From Bugula neritina (lineage: Eukaryota; Animalia; Bryozoa), in NCBI GenBank assembly GCA_964035545.1, contig OZ037768.1, forward strand, positions 24,275,319 to 24,339,318: 64,000 bases of DNA. Reading direction: 5' to 3'. The position numbers and the translations under genes are program-made. Position 1 is the stretch's first letter; each line of letters opens with the position of its first letter. The notes below the pieces were generated by a model. It was given only the letters and a program-made list of their open reading frames with translations, searched no databases and had not been told where the DNA came from. Positions 58,401 to 64,000 of the stretch are shown here, piece by piece.

Positions 58401-61400
58401 ATTGTTGTAGTACAGACTATCATATACTCTGACTCATTGTTGTAGTACAGACTATCATATACTCTGACTCATTGTTGCAGTGCAGACTATATTGACGCTA
58501 GCAACTCATACAAATGCAGTGCTCAAGGAATTTGCAGGTCTCCACGTTCTGCCCAGGTGAGTCGTGCGAATGCCAGGAACCGTCTCAGGTAATAACTGGA
58601 CTCACTATAACTCTTTGTTTATTTCGTGTTCGATCAGACATTAAACAGGATGAGTTTGGTTTTCATTAGCCTGATTTCCGTCTTTTGTGGGGTTAATCAA
58701 TCTAAGGTAACTGATGCTGCTAAACATGTAGCCTTGTTCCTTGATGATGGCATAATTAATATATAATGATGCGGGAAAGTTTGCTCCACGGACTGCCTCT
58801 TCTGCATGTATTATATTATACTTGTTCTGTAGACGAAACCTGACTGTTAATGCCTCCAAACAAGAGAGAAAAATGTCCTTCCCAAGCAGGTGCGTGTGAA
58901 CTCTGGTCAGAGTGTGGCAAGGGACTTGTGATGTAATTTCCTGTAAGATAACAGAATTTACTGTATGATGCATATCTGCTGTCAGATGTGCATCACTACA
59001 CTCTAGAATGTTCTCTCGTTGCTTCAGGACTGCCTACTCTCTTAAAATCCCGTCAAAGATGAGTCGTAAAAGTAGTCAGTTACGGAAAGATTTCCGGGAG
59101 TTGTTTGCGCTATCGCAAGGCGCCAGCGGGGCTGTGAGTGGCAGCACCGGCAGTGGCGGATCTAAGCACGGGACACACGCCAGCGTCACCAGAAGAAGCA
59201 CTCGGGTTACCAATGACGGGTTACCTCTCATCAGTGAGTCAGATACTCCCAGCTTGGTATATGAAAGTACATCGAATAGACTGGGGTCTCTTGTTACTCA
59301 GAACAACACGGAACGGGGGCTGGAAGAGTACTATGAGTGAGTTGCAAATAATTCATTTTATAAACTCTTACTATTTGATTTTTAACTATTAATTGAAAAT
59401 ATTTGTATATTGCACTTGATTAGAAGTTCTCTAAAAGAGTAATCTGTCTGTTTGTCCACTGCATACGGTGAACTACTGTGTCTACCTTCAGTGTGGCCAG
59501 CAACATCATCCTCGATATTCCCTTCCAGTCCGCCAAAAATAGCTTAGGTTCTGAGGGTCCAGACACCAACAACAATGCGACCGAAGAGAGCGGGGAGCCA
59601 GGAGATTTCGGAGATACTGGAGAGGTGGGTGAGGAGGAACAACTGGATAGAAATAATAATGCTAAGAAACACTCCGACGATAAAAGTCAAGGGTGAGTTT
59701 CCTTATGAGATGTAGAAGGGTAGCACTGAATAACAGGCAGTAGAGGGCAGCACTGAATAACAGGAAGTAGAAGGGTAGCACTGAATAACAGGAAGTAGAG
59801 GGCAGTACTGAATAACAGGAAGTAGAAGGGTACCACTGAATAACAGGAAGTAGAGGGCGGTACTGAGTTACAGGAAGTAGAGGGGTGGTACTGAATAACA
59901 GGAAGTAAAGGGGTGGTACTGAATAACAGGAAGTAGAGGGGCAGTACTGAATAACAGGAAGTAGGGAGGCGGTACTGAGTTACAGGAAGTAGAGGGGCGG
60001 TACTGAGTATATTATTAATTCTTTTTGTTATTTTGTTTTACTGTTGACCTCTAGAGTTCAGGAAGGCTCGAGCTCTCCAAGCACAACAACTCAGTCTTCC
60101 GTACCAAAGAGTGCCAAGCGGAACTCCCCACAGCAACGCCTCTCTGACCAGAAGTGTAAGTATGAGACTAGCTAATCATACAGAGTGTTATAATGTGTGC
60201 TGCCAGTTTTATACTTCTCTCTCATTGGCCTACAGTGCTGCCAGACAGTCAGCCAGCCAAAGAGGCTCAGCTCCTGTATACCAACAGCTTTCTCACCGGA
60301 CCAAACTCTCCCAACCAATCAGAGCTCTCCGATTCTACAATCATTCCCATCAGCGGACTCGCCGTCTCTAAGACCTGGTAAATGTCGTCTGCTGCCTTCT
60401 TTTTCCACTTAGCTGTGTGTGCTTTGTTAGTAGAGCTCAGTGTTAGTAGAGCTCAGTGTTAGTAGAGCTCAGTGTTAGTAGAGCTCAGTGTTAGTAGAGC
60501 TCAGTGTTAGACTGAGAGACTGAGATACTATTAGACTGAGATCGTACTGTTGGTTGTTAGGGGGTCGGAAAGGAGAGCCGAAAACAGCAGCCCATTTGCC
60601 AGCAAGTTAGCCAGTGTTCTACAGATGTTTAAAATGCTGTCTCCGGCAGCCACAAGAGGGAAGAGCAAACCTCGAGCCTCGCTGGAAGCCGAGAAGTGAG
60701 TCATTGTAATAAATTTAGCTCCTTGTATGATGCCGTTACGTATTAACTCTATAATATAGTTTATAGACTGTTGGCTGCTTAATTCTAGTAAAACATGATT
60801 CAGCTGCATTTATGCTGCAAGACACAATTTATCGGGAGATTTCATTAGAACTAATGCATAACGGGTTGATAATCAGCCTGTAGTATGCGCAGACTGAGAT
60901 TTATTTTTAGCAGGGAGTTGGTGAAATGAAAAGTAATCTATTAGTCTAATAGATTGGGGTAATTGTAATTTGTAATTGTAATTGGTTGTAATTAATTACA
61001 TTTTTTCAAGTAATTGAATGTAATTTGTAATTGATGTATAAAAATGTAATTGTAATTGTAATTAATTACATATTTAATGTAATTGATTTTTACAATTACT
61101 TTATAATTACATGTCAATTACTTCAAAATTTGAAATCCTAAAAGTTTCATACTTTTCCTACCATGCCTACTGTTAAATAACAAATTCAGATTAATTGTCA
61201 ATGTGGTATAGTATCACTGTTGAGTACAAAGGAGGTTCAGCACTGTCAAAATTGCCCCTGCTAGTTGGACCCTAGAAGTGAAATTGCATAACTTTTATTT
61301 ATCTCTTGCGAGAACAAAAATAATTGTAATTAATTACATTGCCATGTAATTGTAATTGTAATTAATTACATTACTATTTGACTGTAATTATAATTGTAAT

Positions 61401-63057
61401 TGTAATTGACAAATTATCATGTAATTGTAATTGTAATTAATTACATTCACATGTAATTGACCCCAACCCTGCTATTAGAGATATTTTATACTAGCAACTC
61501 AGTTAGGTAGAAAGATAAGGACGGAATATTCAGTCTGAGCTGAATTTTCCTAGGTTGTTCCAACCCTGGCGGTGAGATAACTCCGATAAATAGAAATTAG
61601 TTCTGAAAGTAGTATTCGGTCTGATATGATCATTTCTCACTTCGTTTTAGAGATGTGGAGATAAATCTGATTTCTGCCACACCACGAACTTCTCACCGAG
61701 TGAACTCTACATCTGGTAAGTTGAGTGGCATTGTAGCGGTACAGTGTGTAAGGAGTGGTATCATAGCTGTACAGTGTAAAATGTGTTATTATTTCCATTT
61801 CAGCCAACTATGAGAAATCTCTTCCAAGGAGTGCATTCGATGAAAGCCAACAGTTGTTTGTCCAGCGTGGAGCCAAGTCTAAACTCAGTATGATTGAGTC
61901 TTCTATGGGAAAGGAAGGAAAGAGCTTCAAAATCATGAGAACTCTGGGAAGAAAGTAAGTGTTACTATAAATAGACAGTGTTACTATAAATAGACAGTGT
62001 TACTATAAATAGACTGTGTGTATTATAAATAGACAGTGTATACTATAAATAGACAGTGTTACTATAAATAGACAGTGTATACTATAAATAGACAGTTTAT
62101 ACTATAAATAGACAGTGTGTACTATAAATAGACAGTGTGTACTATAAATAGACAGTGTGTACTATAAATAGACAGTTTATACTATAAATAGACAGTGTGT
62201 ACTATAAATGGACAATGTTTACTATAAATAGACAATGTGTACTATACATAGACAATGTTACTATAAATAGACCTAGTGTATACTATAAATAGAGAGTTAC
62301 TATGTGGTACTCCCTGTAAGTTGATATTGTGTGTGCAGGACCCAGGCTATGCCCAGCGAGTTTAATGTGGGGAGGAAACCTCTAGTCTCCAGCCGCACTT
62401 CTCTCAATAGTCTTAGGAAAGCCTTTCTCCACAGGAAGCACGTGAGTAGATGTGAACTATTAAACTCTGCTGCGTTATTTATTTACTGAATTTGACAAAT
62501 TTAAGAACATTTTATTCTTACATAACTTCATAGTAATTTAGACTCACTATTTTGTGGGATTTCTACTCAGGTTTGGTTGGTATCTTTTCATTCAATTTTT
62601 TACTTTTAGTATTCCGATCACATCTTGCAAAGACAATGGCTGATGCAAGAAATCAGACGGGTTTTACTGGAACACGAACAAAGAGCAAACAAGTGGAATG
62701 AGACAGTAAATAATTGTCACTTGGCCATCCACACACTGGAGGTGAGAAGATTAGATATGTTTTGACATGTGCTCAAGGTGAGCCAGGTGCTGACATGTGC
62801 TTTTTCCAAGTGTCAGGAGAGGCCACCCAGTGTGTCACTTGTAATGTTTTACAAGCCTATAGTGTCGCCTGTCATGTATTGCTGACACGTCGTGGCAGGT
62901 GGAGACTGAGTGGACTGACATTGTGCTACTCAACTACTTGTACACTCTGACAGAGCTGATGGAGAATATGATGGAGAGAGAGCACTTGCTATCACTTGTC
63001 TCACAGTGCCTCCTCTCCTTCAATGATGACATCTGTGTTGACAAGTCTGACAGAACA
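52421..63057 (+). CDS. CATSPER2: Cation channel sperm-associated protein 2-like (6TM, CatSper alpha subunit); probably continues beyond 63057
   Basis: Exons 52421-52480, 52840-52974, 53377-53578, 53909-54099, 54230-54293, 54401-54549, 54683-54833, 55144-55343, 55750-55873, many Ser-rich exons, then ~62899-63057. N-terminal RAAIFKNLLITKFRLVE, S2 LLELAMKW, S3 FWNYVDFFVV, pore FKLFTLDGWY, S6 FIFTWVFLSAFLLGNLFPALLITNFQRIR, C-terminal W..LLNYLYTLTELMENMMERE..L, all resembling CATSPER2 as recalled. Tail exons are less certain. Confidence 0.8.
54273..54360 (+). repeat. 31-bp exon/donor-spanning repeat (~3 copies)
   Basis: TCATATCTACTGCACCATTTA|GTAAGTATTA; true donor 54294. Confidence 0.85.
54980..55116. 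repeat. 10-bp repeat
   Basis: ACTAGAAYAT units. Confidence 0.8.
55455..55667. mobile_element. Diverged, internally deleted relative of the 21439 MITE family
   Basis: Shares CAATAGGAGCC, TTTTTTAATCAAGCASTGCTTGATC and TTTGCTGTTACGG with the MITE right arm; ends CCCCCTAGACA / TGTCTGGGG. Confidence 0.65.
55874..56277 (+). repeat. ~22-bp minisatellite derived from a donor region
   Basis: TRATGAGTCATAGTRTATGTGR units share TGAGTCATAG with the donor GTGAGTCATAG (55874). Confidence 0.88.
56510..56872. repeat. ~30-bp intronic minisatellite
   Basis: CTCCTCCCACTCTACCTGTATGTATAGCTAG. Confidence 0.9.
57701..57772 (+). repeat. 30-bp repeat starting at a donor (2.4 copies)
   Basis: G|GTGTGTATTCTGGTAYTCAGTCTATGTCTG. 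Confidence 0.8.
58068..58490 (+). repeat. 35-bp acceptor-spanning minisatellite (~12 copies)
   Basis: CATATACTCTGACTCATTGTTGTAGTGCAG|ACTAT; the last AG (58485) opens an open 72-nt exon ending at GTGAGT. Confidence 0.88.
59712..60008. repeat. ~28-bp intronic minisatellite
   Basis: GTAGAGGGCAGTACTGAATAACAGGAA variants beginning ~20 nt after a donor. Confidence 0.85.
60426..60510. repeat. 16-bp repeat
   Basis: GTTAGTAGAGCTCAGT x5. Confidence 0.85.
60954..61471. mobile_element. hAT-type MITE, longer member of the 18067 family, opposite orientation, left end damaged
   Basis: Right TIR ACCCCAACCCTG + flank CTATTAGA; left begins TTGGGGT; GTAATT subterminal repeats match the 18067 element. Confidence 0.85.
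61958..62300 (+). repeat. 19-21-bp minisatellite overlapping a donor
   Basis: AGTGTTACTATAAATAGAC units start within GTAAGT (61955). Confidence 0.88.
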
Positions 63058-63866
63058 GTGAGTCACCCTTTCTACTGCAGTTTTCAATCATGACTCAGAG
63101 TTGGTTTCTCTTTGTTCGTGCCAGATTTCGCTAATAATTTAGGTTCAGGCACAAGAGCTCTAGTGAATAATGAAAACATACGAAGAGAAAAGTCAAGTGA
63201 ATAAACATATTTTTCTAATCAATAGAATCTGTCTGATTATTCACCACTTCGCAAAAGTGAATGTTTTTAAATGATTTATTTGTGTCATTTGATAGAAACT
63301 TTAGATTTTATTGATTACCACCAACCCAAGTAACTTCCTATTCTTATGGGATAGCTATGTTCAACTTTGTGTTTATTTGTTACTACTCTAAGGCTGCCCT
63401 CTTGCATGTAGAAGTGCTGAAAAACACATCTGAAGAACCTCATGATATTAGGCTGTGTAATATATTAATTTCTCGCAAGAGACTGGTTGATTAGTCAGTA
63501 GCTTCCCACATTCATGAGTCCTTTCAGAGTTGTTAGAAAGTTCTCGTGAATGTTTTGTGTCTGTCTAAGATCTTGTGGAACTGCAGCTGAAACACTGAGT
63601 TACTCATTTCTAGTTTAATGGGAGACCAGCGTGGAGCCTGCTGCACCTCGTCAAGTCTAAAGTCGCTCGACACGACTCAACTCGCCGAGCTAGTAACTAC
63701 GTGGAAAAGGAGATGAGTATAGACAGAGGGTCAAGCAGCTCCAGAGCAACTGAGTCCGGGTGGGTCACTGTTGACTCTCTGAGTAATGTGATGAGTGGTG
63801 TACAGAACTTATACTATTTCTCTATCTGCTTCTGCTCTCCTATGTTACTTCACCTGCTGTGCCACC

Positions 63867-63932
63867 AGGCCACCCACACTGCTGGCCTGGCCACCCACAC
63901 TGCTGGCCTGGCCACCCACACTGCTGGCCTGG
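63867..63932. repeat. 21-bp repeat x3
   Basis: GGCCACCCACACTGCTGGCCT. Confidence 0.8.
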
Positions 63933-64000
63933 TGGTGCAGACACATTGCCGTATGACTCATTGGTCCTGTGACATATTTTAGGAGTATCGGCGCTATGGC

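Overview
AT-rich, intron-rich invertebrate animal (metazoan) DNA with no prokaryotic features. Gene order: 3' part of CEP41 (+), complete ARIH1/ariadne-1 RBR E3 ligase (+), four tandem PAN/apple + fibrinogen-related-domain (FReD) genes (-; one clearly intact, three with frame lesions, two in a near-identical 6072-bp tandem duplication), complete PLK1/polo (+), a lysosomal-type histidine acid phosphatase (ACP2-like, +, 5' exon unresolved) and a divergent CATSPER2-like channel (+) with a very long Ser-rich tail that probably runs off the window. Mobile DNA: a 5'-truncated CR1/L2-group LINE and three non-autonomous DNA-transposon families (hAT, Kolobok-like, Harbinger-like). Most striking signal: many introns are filled with locus-specific minisatellites whose repeat unit is a copy of that intron's own splice junction (exon end + GT donor, or AG acceptor + exon start). 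This gives arrays of 2 to about 41 near-perfect decoy splice sites, and the copy that restores the conserved protein is consistently the exon-proximal one. About 14 such arrays occur in five unrelated genes, and several introns consist almost entirely of the array. Exon coordinates were inferred by hand from GT-AG signals, frame and remembered protein similarity; none has transcript support.
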